Positions 1-13,200 of a DNA stretch of 64,000 bases are shown piece after piece. The translations under genes and the position numbers were made by a program. The notes beneath the pieces were generated by a model. That model did not search any database. It saw nothing but the letters and a program-made list of their open reading frames with translations, and was not told where the DNA came from. Location: positions 361,950 to 425,949 of the forward strand of contig NMRA01000075.1 of assembly GCA_002633005.1 (NCBI GenBank), read 5' to 3'. This DNA comes from Phoronis australis (lineage: Eukaryota; Animalia; Phoronida). Each line of letters opens with the position of its first letter. Within the stretch, counting starts at the first letter, position 1.

Positions 1-19
1 AGAACAAATTAATCTTGTT

Positions 20-380
20 GTTTACGAGTAAGAATCAAGCTGTGGTTTCCAAATGTTTGTACATTCTGATTTCTTGTTTAGCTGGCAAGAAGTCCCAAAA
101 CACCTAACTCACCTCGACCGCTTGTGCTTGACATGTTTCTCTTCCGTCAGCTGATTCGTGTGCATTATGAGTAATCTCTCCACTGGCAACCCCGCATAAA
201 TAATGAGTTTTGGCTGAAGATCCGCCCACTTTTTATAAATTTAAAAAAATTAATAGTAAAATAACGAGAGTATGTACATGGCTGTAATTTACGAAAAGAG
301 TTAATTTTAGTGATATCTTTCGATTGGCAAAGCTCAATTTGTGATCTAAGCAGGCAAAAGTAAAGGAAATAGTGACTTTA
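20..380. repeat. Repeated intronic block, also at ~1460-1642 and ~2890-3225; ends in CTTTAA like a TTAA-type DNA-transposon terminus
   Basis: Shared text such as aatttacgaaa..gttaattttagtga.at.tttcga.tg.caaa...taag.agg..aaagtaaagg.a..agt..ctttaa at three positions. Confidence 0.7.
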
Positions 381-1855
381 AGGAAAAATTGAATAACAAA
401 GCCGACTGTTTGGCTGAGCTAAATCATTAACTCTGGCAAACAGTATAAACATAACAACGAACTTGCGACATCAAAATGATTAACTGAAATTACTATGAAG
501 TAAGAATAGTCTGACAATCAAACTTGCGAAAATTTTGAAAATAAATTTATAACTAAGATACCAGTGGTCTCCGTCAATTTTGTTAGGCTGCGTGTGGGCT
601 TCAATGCGCATGCTTGGTCGGAAGTTTATCGCTCACATCGCCAACACTTGCAAACGCTTTCTATGCACAGTACTTGTTTGGGCTTAAGACACGGAGTCGG
701 GGTTCCTTTGATTTTGTTTACTTCGATCACTGCCCTGTTTAATAAATTTCAACTATTCAAGTCAAAGGTAGTCGCCATACTATTTATCAGTAAACTGAAA
801 GGGGTTTTCCAGATTTCAACCAATGGGAATGACTGAAAGTTGTGACGTCGATTTCACATGATAAACAATATTCTACAGTGCTACCTTTCGTAGAACTGTG
901 ATAGAGTGTAAAGTCAGCACAGGTGCGCTTTACTGTAATTGAAATGAGCAGCGCACTGTTTTAAAGTTAAACAAGTTTTTGTTTGTTGAAACATCGCGTG
1001 TGTGTGTTTTTTTTTCTAATTTACGATAGTTATAGCTCCCCAAGATTACCATACGCAGCATCGTCAGTTTTGGGAGTATCTTGGTTACCGATTTTGTAAA
1101 CAATCACAGCAGTGTCAGCAACTAAACAAAAATGTAAACGCGTGTTGAATTAATGTTTCATAATTCCTAGTTTAAATTGGAATATAAAAAGTCGAAACAT
1201 TGGAGGATGTTTCAATTTTTGAAATTAGATTTTGACGGAGCCAAAAAATATTGATTGTAGAAATTTCATGTTTTGATTTTCAATGGAACATTGAATTTTT
1301 AAATTTAAATCAACATTTCAGTTTAAATATTCAATGGGGGTGCATTAAGAAACTAATCGACGTGTTGGCACTGCGACCAAATCGGATGCATGTCGTCCGC
1401 CAGCAAAGGCTGACGGAGATTAGACCCTCGGGTCGTACTCACCTAAGAACTGCAACCTAAATAATGAGGTTTCGCTGAATGTCCGCTCACTTTTTATGAA
1501 TTTTAAAAAATTAATAGCAAAATAACAGAAGCACGTACAAGGCTGAAATTTACGAAAATGTTATTTTTAGTGACGTTTTTCGACTGACAAAAGTCATTCT
1601 GTGTTGTAAGTAGGTGAAAGTAAAGGGAACCAGTATCTTTAACTGATGCGCTGGTAGTCAGGTCACGGAAATAGACGGGATTAGTCGACGTTGTGTTAAA
1701 GAGCATTTAGTTTGACAACAGGAAGGAGGTGAACAAAATGGTATGTTACATAATACTCAATTTGTTATGCATTTTCAAGTTTTGATGTATATTACCCCTT
1801 TAGATAAAGATTTTAATTCAATTTACACGCCTTGTTCATGTCTGTACCTTTCCAG

Positions 1856-2116
1856 AACTAGCTGCAGCTACTATTACCGGTATTGTTGGACATGAAGGAG
1901 CACTTGACGTCAGTTGGACTGCGGCACCTGGGAATAAAGACCTGTACAGGCTTAGTTGCGGTATCAGGGGAAAGCAACTTGAAATATACTCGCAATTGGC
2001 TTCTCACAACGAACGTTGTGAGAACTTGGTTTCTGGAGCTGAGATCTCTATTACCGTAACAACTGTCAAAGCAGGATGGGATGACGTGCATTCAACTCCC
2101 AAGACAGCTAAAACAA
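1856..2116 (+). CDS. FN3-domain exon 1 (phase 1-1, 261 nt) of a multi-FN3 extracellular/receptor protein
   Basis: ctttccag| ... |gtgagt; open frame LAAATITGIVGHEGALDVSWTAAPGNKDLYRLSC...CENLVSGAEISITVTTVKAGWDDVHSTPKTAKT with FN3 W, Y and L-x-x-G landmarks. Confidence 0.85.
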
Positions 2117-2540
2117 GTGAGTGTTTGTTACTACGTGTTCTTTCCTTGAGGCCTCGAGTGATTTTTAGGAGTTTTTCGCCGGGGTAGATACTGCTGAGGC
2201 AGATGCTGCAAAGAGAGAGCCTTCTTCAAGTCGAACGTTGTGCCTGCACTCCGGAGGGGGAGGAGTGAGCTTCAATGAATATGAAGGCAAGTACGGGAAA
2301 GGCATCGGTCTATTTCTCATTGGTTGCGACTCCCTTTTCCCTCATCCCCTGCCACTCCTCTACCAGGGTCACGGCCTCTAACGCTGGTTTCGGCAGTGGA
2401 CAGGATTGTTCATCCGTGAACAAACCTGCCTATGTGGCACATAATAAGCCACAACACCACGTTCCTTACAATATCTCTTTTTATCACTCCGGGTGGTATG
2501 TTCACTCAGTATGTCCGGAACCCTGATTTGCAGGTTGTTA

Positions 2541-2804
2541 TAGCCCAGTTGGCTGTTTGGTGTACCCACTTGGTACTTTATATGATATTTGCCCTTTTGG
2601 CAGTTTGTACCCATTTGGTACTTGTTATTGAATTTTCCGTTTTCCTCGACCAACTTGGTAGGCAATCGGCCAATACCCATTTGGTATTATGTATCCATTT
2701 GGTACTATGCAAACCTGTGCCACTTAGCATCCGATACTCAATTACACATTGGGTTTCGTAAACGGGTGTTTTATCTCTTGTAATTAAGGAACCCATCTGG
2801 TTAC
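2541..2804. repeat. Irregularly spaced array of about 7 TACCCATTTGGTA-like motifs
   Basis: Variants at ~2541, 2561, 2607, 2648, 2672, 2690 and 2790. Confidence 0.6.
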
Positions 2805-3578
2805 TTCTGTGAAATATTTGTAGAGCTGTGACCCTGAAATTCCCAATACAACTTAAAATATATATCATTTTTTTGTTTTATTTGTCCCCAATAAAAGCTA
2901 AGCTCTGTGGTTCTCAAAACTTAGTACGTTTTGATGCCTTGTGGTTTGTGACAAGTGCCACAACACTTAACTCAGCGCGGTTGTGTTCGACATGATTTTC
3001 TAGCGTCTGCAGGTTTGTGCGCATTACGTATAATCACACCACTGGCAGCGCCGCATAGACAATGCGATTTTACAGAAGGTCGGCGCATCTTCATCAATTT
3101 TAAAAATATACCATTACGGTAGTAAATGCATGTCTATAATTTACGAAGAGTGTTAATTTTAGCGACATCTTTCGACTGACAAAAATATTCTAAGTAGGTA
3201 AAAGTAAAGGATACAGTATCTTTAAATACCACTCGTCAAACTCAAAGACGACATAAAATTTTGACAATCAATAATCATAATTGTAGAAAAAGAACCTACA
3301 CGAGAATCAAAAACAAGTGAACAAAATAACAACGCTTTTACGTTCACGGTGTTATCAATACGTAGTCCAGGACACCATGGCTATAAGTCAAGAATCGTTC
3401 CTTAATTGACGCGCAAGAAGCTCAGTCGATGCTCTTTTAGTAAGGGGTTAACATTACGTCATGTAACATGCATATTACTTAATTTGTTATGCATTTTCAA
3501 GTTTTTGGACTAAATTACCCCTTGAGATAAGGACTTTAAGTTAACTTACCAGCCTTTTCCATGTCTCTACCTTTCCAG

Positions 3579-3827
3579 AACTAATTGCCGCTACCATTAC
3601 CACGATAATTGAACGTGAGACAACAATTGAAGTCATTTGGACTGCAACAGTTGGGAATAGAAAAGGATTCATACTTTCTTGTGGTAGCAATCACTTTGAA
3701 GAATATTCCGGTTTGTACTACACATTTTGTACTGACTTGACTCCTGGAACCGAGTACTCTATTACCGTAACGACAGTGCAGCCAGGATGGGATAACGTAG
3801 TTTCAAAATCGAAGACAGCCAAAACAA
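3579..3827 (+). CDS. FN3-domain exon 2 (phase 1-1, 249 nt)
   Basis: ctttccag| ... |gtgagt; LIAATITTIIERETTIEVIWTATVGNRKGFILSCGSNHFEEYSGLYYTFCTDLTPGTEYSITVTTVQPGWDNVVSKSKTAKT. Confidence 0.88.
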
Positions 3828-5503
3828 GTGAGTTTTTGTTGCTACATGTAGTTTCCTACATACATCATATGATCGTGAGGCATTTTATGCTAAGAAGGGC
3901 ACTGGTGCAGCACTTTCTGCAAGAGAACCTGCTTAGTGGATAATAAACAATGATTTTTCTTCCACACTTGCCAAACCGTCACTTTAAGCATTTTTCTTGC
4001 TCACGCCTGTGAAGTTGTTACTCCGACGTGTGAAAATTGCATAACCTGTGTGTCTTTTGAAGTCATTCTGGATCATTTGAGCTACCTGTAATTCGTCAAG
4101 GCGACCGAAGATTTCATCTGGCAAGCTGATAAATATTCCAAGTCTCCTCGAGGTCGCCATGCAGCCATTCAAGCGCGCGCTAAAATATTTCCAAGCAGTA
4201 AAATGACAGTGCTAGGAGTCGTTCAGTAACACGTAATGTGTCTCTCCATTATGCGTTCACGGACAACGTGTCCCAATCCTTTGGTTATCCTTTTTAAGGG
4301 GTGAGTCTGTGCGGGATATCTGTCGTTCTTTTGATAAAAGCTTTACCAAGCACACAATATATCCCTATTTTGTGGGGAGGCTGTGTACATGTATATTGAG
4401 CCCGCATATCGACAGGCTGTCTTGCTCGATGGCGGCAGAATAACATTGTCCCTATAACAGTGCCCACTCCTAATGCTAATAGCTCATTGGTCAGATCATA
4501 CTCTATTAGAGCAAGCTGGAGTCAAGGATCCAATGAAGTGACCTAACAGTCCAAATGTCATGTTTGTGTAATTACCAAACAAAAGACCAGGTTGTCTCTA
4601 TTTCACAAAAAATAAAGTGGGCAGAATACTTGTGCGAGTTTCTAGTTCCAAGATTTTAACAGGTTGAAACGTGTAAAATTGAGTTATTATTGGAAATTCC
4701 GTGATTTTATTTTGAGACTGAAAAAATAAAAAATTTTGACCTGCCAGTTTCCCCTGGTGCCTTTTTGGAGTAAAGTCACGAAATGACAACTCTGCAATTT
4801 TTGCAATGGTTTGGTTAGTTGAAAGCTGGTTCATTTTCTGCACTCATGGATGGCCTATATATTTTATTATTATAATAATTTTTCCCCAATGCCAATCGGT
4901 GTCAATTAAGTTTTCTACAAGCCATGGATAGACTCTTATCCATGTTTGAAAACAGTTATAATATGTTTGCGAGGGTATTATCAATTGCCCACTGAAACGC
5001 ATTGACAAGCACGGGTTCAGAGAACAGACTGTTACTACTCAGATTTCGGGTTAAATTAACAAGTTTAATCTCATAGATATGTGGAGATTTTGAAATACTG
5101 GTGAAAAGCAGTTCACGTGAGAATAGCCGATCTTTCAGATTGCGAAGTATAATTGATGTTTTGTCATGATCTGACGTCTTCGAAAATCAGCTCAATTGTT
5201 CTATCATTAATGATTTTATATTTTCTGATCATTCATTTGTTCGTAATATTTTTCACACATCCGATATTAACTGCATCCGAAATCATCAAATGTAGCTTAT
5301 GAAAGTTGAAACGAAGAACTGCAGATGGTAAATGAGTTGTGTAGGAATATGATAGGACCACCTAATTGTTGCAGGCTCTCAAAACACCCGAGAAAAAGGA
5401 CTATTCCCCACCTTTCCGTTAAAACGTGCAATGTTTGTTGTTTTTACCCCACCGGGGTCATTGTCTAATCTGATTTTATCAACCGTGGCAATGGTATTTG
5501 CCC

Positions 5504-5657
5504 CATGGGCGGCCCACCATAGGGGGCTGGGGAGGGGGGGTTGGGGCTATAGATTCACTTTTTTCAGTGCTACGCCGCACATGGTCTATAGGTGGTGCAC
5601 CACAAGGGGACTTTGAGACTTTAGCCCCCCACTTTTTTCAGTGCTGCGCCGCCCATG
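5504..5657. mobile_element. MITE with CATGGGCGGC terminal inverted repeats; related partial copies at ~25221-25310 and ~39697-39760 (-)
   Basis: TIR catgggcggc...gccgcccatg; flanks tgccc/taccc (5-bp TSD with one mismatch); empty site in the paralogous intron at ~20880-20895. Confidence 0.75.
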
Positions 5658-6175
5658 TACCCTCGATGATTTTACGTCCTCGCTACAATGAAAAGTATTC
5701 AACGAGTAACCTTATTAAAATTAGTTAGAGGAGTGAAAATTGTTTGTAAGACCGAGCTCAGAGGAGTAGGAGGCACCTTTGTGGAATACTCGATTGTCAG
5801 CCAGTAAAGCCAGGATTCGAACACAGGTGTCTCAATCAGTAGTCCAAGCTTTAAACCACTGAACAACACTGTCTTCTCTGCAGATAATACACCTAGGTTT
5901 AACTTTGATTCCATATCAGTTCACGTCTCTAAACTGACTGGAAATATAGAGCATTAGAGTATGATTTCATGTTGAATCACAACAAGGAGCATGGCATCGT
6001 CACAGAACTGTTTCTTGATTACTTTCGCATTGTTATGAGTTTGATCTACAGGTTCCTTAACACAAAGGTAACAGTTTGCTTACTCTAAAATACACTCTGT
6101 TAACGAACTTTTAGCATGAAAATTTGGTTAACATCGTGTTCATACTTGTGTCTATGCCTCGGAGTACCTTTCCAG

Positions 6176-6424
6176 AACTCGCTGCGGTTACCGATGTCAG
6201 TGTGGTTGGAGATAAGACAACAGTTGACGTCAGTTGGACTGCAGCAAAAGGAAGCAAAGACAGCTACAGAGTGTCTTGTGGAAACAACCACTTCATTGCA
6301 GCGAAGACTGATACCAACAAACGTTGCAGTGGCTTGACTCCAGGAACTGAGTACGCTGTTACCATAGCAACAGTCAAGTCAGGATGGGCTGATGCAGTTT
6401 CATCGCCGAGGACAATTAGAACAA
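6176..6424 (+). CDS. FN3-domain exon 3 (phase 1-1, 249 nt)
   Basis: ctttccag| ... |gtgagt; LAAVTDVSVVGDKTTVDVSWTAAKGSKDSYRVSCGNNHFIAAKTDTNKRCSGLTPGTEYAVTIATVKSGWADAVSSPRTIRT. Confidence 0.9.
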
Positions 6425-6562
6425 GTGAGTGCTTTTTTCACGTGTTCTGGCCTATAGGTGAACGTGGGTCATGGTTTCGCCGCGCATGGCTGGCGCAAGT
6501 TGTAACCGACCCGTGTTAAAAGCTTTTGTTGCGGCGATGGCAGTGAGAAAAGCCCAAACACT

Positions 6563-7520
6563 AGATCTCTTAAAATAACTTGGTTCAAAAGATTACTATT
6601 ATCTGAAGATATTGCCTGACGGGAAATGACACATTTTCAATAATTATTTTTGTTGTGGAAAATAATTTTATCGAACTTTATCCAAACAAACACAAATTTG
6701 TTTTGGAAAGAAGTAAATAGAGCCGCTGAAATTTTCTTCAATACTTTTTAGATTACGAAGGATTTGATGTACTATGAATGAAAAACAACATTTTATAAAC
6801 AATGTTATGGAAAAGGCATAGCGTATGTTTACGATCTCTTAAATTAAAATGATGAACTGATAGCTTATGACCAATTTTGCTGCTTCTTTTTTCTCTTCCG
6901 TTCAATGTTCTCGTGGGTGTGCGATAGGTTGTCCGCAATCTGTTGAGAAGTCATTTCTGTTTCGATGTATTTCAAGTTGTTCTTCCTCATCGTTATGATT
7001 TTGATTTTGACTGGTGTTAATTGCAACAATGTAACATTGTAACTGTGTAATTAAATGGGAAAGATGTTTAAATAATACACAGTCAGAAGAATAGTAGGGT
7101 TAATGTACAGTTAATTTTACAATGGATACAAAACCTATGTGGTTTCAAATAAGATTTATTCATAGATTCATTAGTACTATTAAACAGAAAATTGATATGA
7201 TTCTATAATAGTGAGTCTGAAGATCTTTTTCAAAGTTTTTGGGTTGCTGTTAACAACTGGATCGCATAGAAAACTGGTGAATCTCTCGATCTGAACTTAC
7301 ATGAAGTTTTATATGGCAGGCATAATGCGGAACAATTATTTTGTTATACACTGTACGTTTGGTCAAATATATTTATTAAGAGAGATTAAACTCTATTGTT
7401 CCGGGTTTACATCTACTCAAAAAGGTCTCTCTAGATATCACGTGGTTGAAAATGTGATTTCTATAGTAATTGGGAATATGACCCTTATGATTCATCTATT
7501 TGTGTAATTTGACAATATTC
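6563..7520 (+). mobile_element. Decayed Tx1/L1-clade LINE ORF2 3' region
   Basis: Interrupted frames give SLKITWFKRLL, TNLFWKEV, GKGIAYVYDL and MDTKPMWFQIRFIHRFIST (zf-RVT-region motif) in the expected order. Confidence 0.7.
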
Positions 7521-8489
7521 TGATACCAGGTGTGTTTGTGCCTTATGTATACATAAAATTCCGATAAGAAGGTTCGATAAACTTGACTAATATCCGTATA
7601 TGTATGACGTGAAGATCTTGGCTTTCCCGACATCAATGAAAGACGAATTTACAAAGCAAGTTCGTAGGGTCTATTCTGACCGAACAGAATTCCCTGCGTT
7701 GAAAAATGCCTTTAAATTTCGGTATTATTTAACAGATGAAATAATCAATATTTCTAGTCACACACGCTGTAGGTTTCCTATATGACGTGAGAAAATGTGC
7801 CTGACATACCAAAACCAGGTCAATAGAAATAACGCGCTTTCTTATATCCCGAATGAAGGACAGTTCTATTGTATATCCGGGATGGACCTGTTGTTCTTAC
7901 ACTTGACCAATAATTGATAGAGCATCGTGATCAACGAAACGTGTCTCAAGGACATTTACTGCTGAAAAATTAAGAATGCAAACTCGTAAATTAAATACGA
8001 ATGTTACCTGATATCAAATTGATGTTTTACTTCTCGAAAATTTGATTTAGACCCTGAACTCATCAACTTAACATTGTAGGTTGCGGTAAAATTGTAATTC
8101 CTGAAGTTGAAGAATTTGGAACATTCGTAATACGGGATATACAGTGTATGGATACAGAAGTGCGTTTGATGATGCATTTCAAATTCGAGACCATTTTTAA
8201 CAATTTTTATGCTACCTTGTTACGACCTCAGGGTATATGTCTATTGTATTTTAGTCGAGTGTATTGTAGTTTACGTTGGTATTTGTGCAATCCGATTAGT
8301 CTCGGCAGTTTTTACTTTAAACTCTCCTAGGGCAGTGAGCACTTAAAAGAGAAAAGGCAAAGTTTGTTAAAAGCGAAAAACTTAATTGTTTACGTCTGAG
8401 TAGACGTGTATTACTTCGAACTGCTGGCCCATGGTCTCTAAAAATCAATGAGGTTCATGTACATTCAACTTGTCACTAGTACATTTAGT

Positions 8490-8732
8490 AGAACTGTTCC
8501 AAGAAACTGACTTCAGTTCATTTTTGACTTAATTTTAAGATTTTACTTCCAAACTTTGAAACTTCCACATTCGGTAAGTTAGTCAAAATTAAGACACAAC
8601 TCATGTCAAACACTCATGTTAAACTTAAGATCTCTTTCTCTAATTGCTTTTGAGACAAATTTAACTTTTATTTGAAAATTTACAAAAATTAAGTTTTGTC
8701 TTAGCTAAGTCAGTTTTGTTGGAACGGGCCCC
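8490..8732. mobile_element. MITE (PIF/Harbinger-like termini)
   Basis: Imperfect inverted ends gttccaagaaactgactt ... aagtcagttttgttggaacgggcccc. Confidence 0.5.
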
Positions 8733-8832
8733 AAGGGCATTGGTGGCCGCTCGTGCAACTATTTCCGTGGCAACCATAGCACGCTCAAAATTCGATTATT
8801 AAAATCATGTTACGCCATTTTCTGTTTTTAAC

Positions 8833-9365
8833 CATCAGACTACTAATCGCTACAATACTAGGTCCCCATCATCATCTGATTTGAATCTTCCTAAACGCAG
8901 AAGCGAGACTGGGAAAAAATCATTTTCCTACAGCGGGCCCTTTTTATGGAACTCTCTCCCTGCAGATGCCAAATCTACATCATTAAAAGAATTATAAGAA
9001 ATAGATTTAACTCCATGTAGTGTCTAAGAATTGCATGCTTATTCATTTGTTATTTATATAATGTCTTACTTTTATTAATTATTTATTGTCTGTTATATTT
9101 ATATTTATATTTATATTTTTTAGTTAATTATCTTGTCTTAATTTCTTTATCTTTTATTTATCATATTTTATTTCTATTTTGCTTCATCAGCCTTTCCATG
9201 TTGATTTCTTATTCTTTGCTTATTACTTAAATTTGTCTTTCATTGTGCAATTCTGTTTTTGTCTTACTATCTGTTTGTTTTTACTGAGGGCACCCATGGA
9301 AAGCAGTGTGAACTGATGGGGCTACCCTCGTTGTAAATATTACATAAATAAATAAATAAATAAAT
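8833..9365 (+). mobile_element. 3' end of an L2/CR1-group LINE with 3' UTR stem-loop and (TAAA)n tail
   Basis: Frame HQTTNRYNTRSPSSSDLNLPKRRSETGKKSFSYSGPFLWNSLPADAK (typical RT C-terminus), then an AT-rich UTR, the gagggcacccat...atggggctaccctc hairpin and TAAA repeats. Confidence 0.85.
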
Positions 9366-9987
9366 AGATTTGAGCCAGAGCAGATTCACGTATAATGTAG
9401 TTAAGTCACATGAGGAATTCATTCAGTCACGTAATATGAATTTGAAATGTGCATAAAGCGCAAAGGTACATGTACATCTATCGGTAAAAGGTCGTGGTTC
9501 GAGGGGTTGTGAGTCGTGGGTAGTTGGGACTGTGGTCGAGGAGTCGTGGGGTGTGGGGTTCAAGGGGGTTTAGAAGAAACTATTTCTTTTGTAGTGTCCA
9601 TTTTACTCATGAAACTATGTATAAATATTTATTAGGCGCAAGTTTAGGTTGCAAACGAAAAGCTTAGGTCTTGCTGTTTGCAAGTTAGACGCGGCCCAAA
9701 TTTTCATAGAAATGCCAACAGTGATGCTCTTTATTGGGTTTATTACACTTCTTTGACATCATCCTTCATTCCAAACTAATCCGTCGAATCTCATGGATGT
9801 CAATTTTAGACGAGTTTGTTTTTGTGTTGTCACGTAATGATTATTATAAGTAAAAAAATACCGTGAAATTTTTTGGGATTTTAAAAACAATCATCCATAT
9901 GGTTAGTATCTGCTCTGAGCATATCAATTCTCTTTGTTGGCCGATTGTTTTCTTAAATACATGTTTTTACATTTGGGTCATTGCCAG

Positions 9988-10245
9988 AGGTTACAAAACT
10001 TGCTGCAGCTACAATTACCTATGTGGGTGGATGGGAGACAGCAGTTGACGTCGTTTGGACTGCTGCAGTCGGACCTAAAGACAGGTACAAAGTTTTTTGC
10101 GGAGATTATGTCTTCACTGTTGGTAAGACTACTACCTTCAAACAATGCACTGGCTTGACTCCTGGAACTGAGTATGTCGTTACCGTAAGAACAATCAAGG
10201 CGGGATTCGATGATGCAGTTTCAACATCAAAGACAGCTAAAACAA
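9988..10245 (+). CDS. FN3-domain exon 4 (phase 1-1, 258 nt)
   Basis: ttgccag| ... |gtgagt; VTKLAAATITYVGGWETAVDVVWTAAVGPKDRYKVFCGDYVFTVGKTTTFKQCTGLTPGTEYVVTVRTIKAGFDDAVSTSKTAKT. Confidence 0.9.
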
Positions 10246-13200
10246 GTGAGTGTTTGTTGCTATATGTTTTAGTATATACGTGTCAAGTAATGCCGGTTAT
10301 ATTTAATACGACACCGGCGAGACACTTGCTGCAAGAATCCTGCTCAATGAAATAGATACATTGAAATTTCTCCCACTATGCAACACTCCATTCTTGCCAA
10401 CCAACGAATTCCGTCTCGAAGTCTATATGCACACATTGAAGCACGAGCTCAAAATACATTTACTAAAAGAAGCAAGCAGGCGGAACTTGGAATTGTTCAG
10501 CATGAGCCCAAAGGAACATTGACCTCTGCCCATGTCATGAATGGTCCTGATTTGGATATTAGGCCCGGTGAAAAGTGGTCGTTACCTTTTACATGATATA
10601 CTATAAGACAGTTTCCCTTTCGGAGGATAATTACCTAATTTGCCAGTCCTTTAACTCAGTCGTTTCATTTTTGAGTGTTTGTCACGGTTTATAATGGCCT
10701 GGAATATTGCACGGCATTCATGGAGTTGCTTTGATTCATTGTTCCTAGATACCGTTTGGCAACTTGGAAGTTTTGCCAGTCAACGCTTTTGGATTTGAAT
10801 TGATGCTAAACTTCCAGTCCTGATCTATGGTCATTGCACTTTTAGTCTGTAATATCAACACTCGAAAACATCAGTAAATCAACAAGTAAATTTGTTGTTA
10901 ATTTTACTAACGATTTTCCCTTGATTGGACTGAAAACACACTTCCGCTTATACCACATTTGCTAACGTCTCTAAATTGAGTGCAAGCAATTGCATTTCGA
11001 GATACAGCGGGATACTAGTTTGAATCACATCAAGTAGAGTGGCGTCCACTTAGAATTGTTTAGTGTAACATTGAGTCATTACTGGAAATGTCATGATTTC
11101 ATTCTGAAACTGAAAAAGTAAGAAATTGTTACCTGCCGGTATTCACTGGTGCCATTTTGGGGTCAAGTCACCAAACGACAACATTGCAATTATTGCAGTG
11201 GTTTGGTTTGTTGAAAGCTGTTTCATTTTCTGCACTCATGGCTGACCTAGTTTAATTTCTTACCAAACGTTCATTTATCCGTCTATTGGTTCGGTATTGG
11301 CTTTTACGTTAATACAGTATATCTCAGGCCTTAGGCAAGGTTAAGCAAATGACATTTAAGTTTCAAAACCAAATGCAGTACGGAAACTAATATTTTTCAT
11401 GGATTTTATGCGAAAGTTGGAGGCAAACTAATCCACTCATTCTTTAGCGTGAGAAATATTCCATTTAACATTGCACTTCATGTGCAATAGTTGTAGACCG
11501 TCGGGAGACCTATAAAGCTCGTGCGGGCCTATGAATTAAAAGACGTTGGAAAGAATAATGTGACCTTAGTCATATAGCATTATTACGACTGTGCAAAAGT
11601 TAAAACTTGATACTCAGTCAAGCAGTATCCCTCCAAGAACTACAAGGGGGCATTTTAAACAGTCTATCGCTGTGGCAGCTTTAAAATTTGGACGAACTGT
11701 TTTTATTTATGTTGCACACCAAGCAGCATGAACGACTAAAATATTGGGACATTAAACAAATGATTTACAGGTTTTAAAATTCACGTATCTTGTCCAGTTT
11801 TCAAAATTCAAAAGTTAATCACGTAAGCTTTTCACAAAATACTCAAATATGCTATTTGGAAAATTTCAAAAAAAATATTATTGTCGAACCCAATGTGTTA
11901 ATGATGGGTCTCATTATCTAGGGAATGATAACATCAGCAGCGTGATGTGATTAAAGTAACCGTAACAGCATGGTGTATTTAATGTAAAGCAGCAGATTTT
12001 GAGGTGTAGATTCAACCTTATCTCGACCAATTAAGTTGTTAGTAACATATTATTCTTTGCATGCTTACGATGAATTTTGTTTCCGCCTAGCCGTCTGAAG
12101 CGGCATCCCGGATGAGCTTGTCTGAGTAGTTGTGACTTATATTTTATGCTTTGTGACAATGTCAACCTCCCCATTAATGGTGAAGAGAAAATATAATTAT
12201 TAAAAAAATCATGTGCATCACTTGTACTTGGGTCTGTTCGTAGTCAGGTTGAGGACATTACTGGATTGCTATGATATAATTTTCGCGTTCAAAGAAACTA
12301 CCTACATGTATATTACAACAAAAACTAGAACCATATAGCTAAAATAGTGTCAACCACCCGGGTTTCCACCCAGTCCCTTGACTTAACAACTTAATTCTTT
12401 ATAATGAACAGACTCCATTAACCTGCTGCAATATAAAAGGACTATTTTCTCCTTTGCCCGAATATTTCGAGACAGAATGATGTTGATGCCCTGTGCATTC
12501 AAAACCTTTCCGCAGCCACTAACGCGAATTGTAATCTGCATCCGAAATCGTCAAAGGTCCCCAATTCAAAATGAAAGTTGAACTCTAGATAACTTGTATT
12601 GACAACTGGAATACATTATCTTCCAAAATAAAAGAAAGTATTTCAATCTTCACTCTCAAAAAATAAATTCAAAATGCATACCACTACTCAAGACTTGCCA
12701 GTCCCATTGACATCATCCCAACTTCCTCGCAACCATGAAATAATCCTTTACAGATCAAGATGCCCTGTGGAGACACCCAGACATATCCTCATGTTTTCTT
12801 TGCTTGTGAGGTATGCAAGGAGCAGAGGGTACAGCTGTTCCAGACACTCGAATAATACCACAATATTTACAAAAATATTCTGAAATTCCGCAATTGTACA
12901 ACAAATTTAATGTTTTTTGTATGGATGTCAAGTACTCAACCCAAATGAAAATAAGGTCTTATCAGTTTTTTTAATTTATGTATTTGTATATTGAATTTAT
13001 TGTATTTTTAGCCCAAATATGCCTCTTGGCGCTTGCTGGGTTATGTATATTCATTGTATTCTGAAGATTTCGTAATAAACATTAACAAAAAACTGTAGAC
13101 CTGCACACCAGACAGGAAATAAAGGGGTGCAGGGTTATTGCCAGAAGCATTTAATTGTTGCAACCGTATCGAAAAAACAGATACCGGTTAACCAGTGAAA

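Noticed and set aside
2190-2530. Possible Gypsy integrase remnant on the minus strand (CPLPKPALEAVTL)
   Set aside because: Only one short, loosely matching motif among multiple stops; needs tBLASTx.
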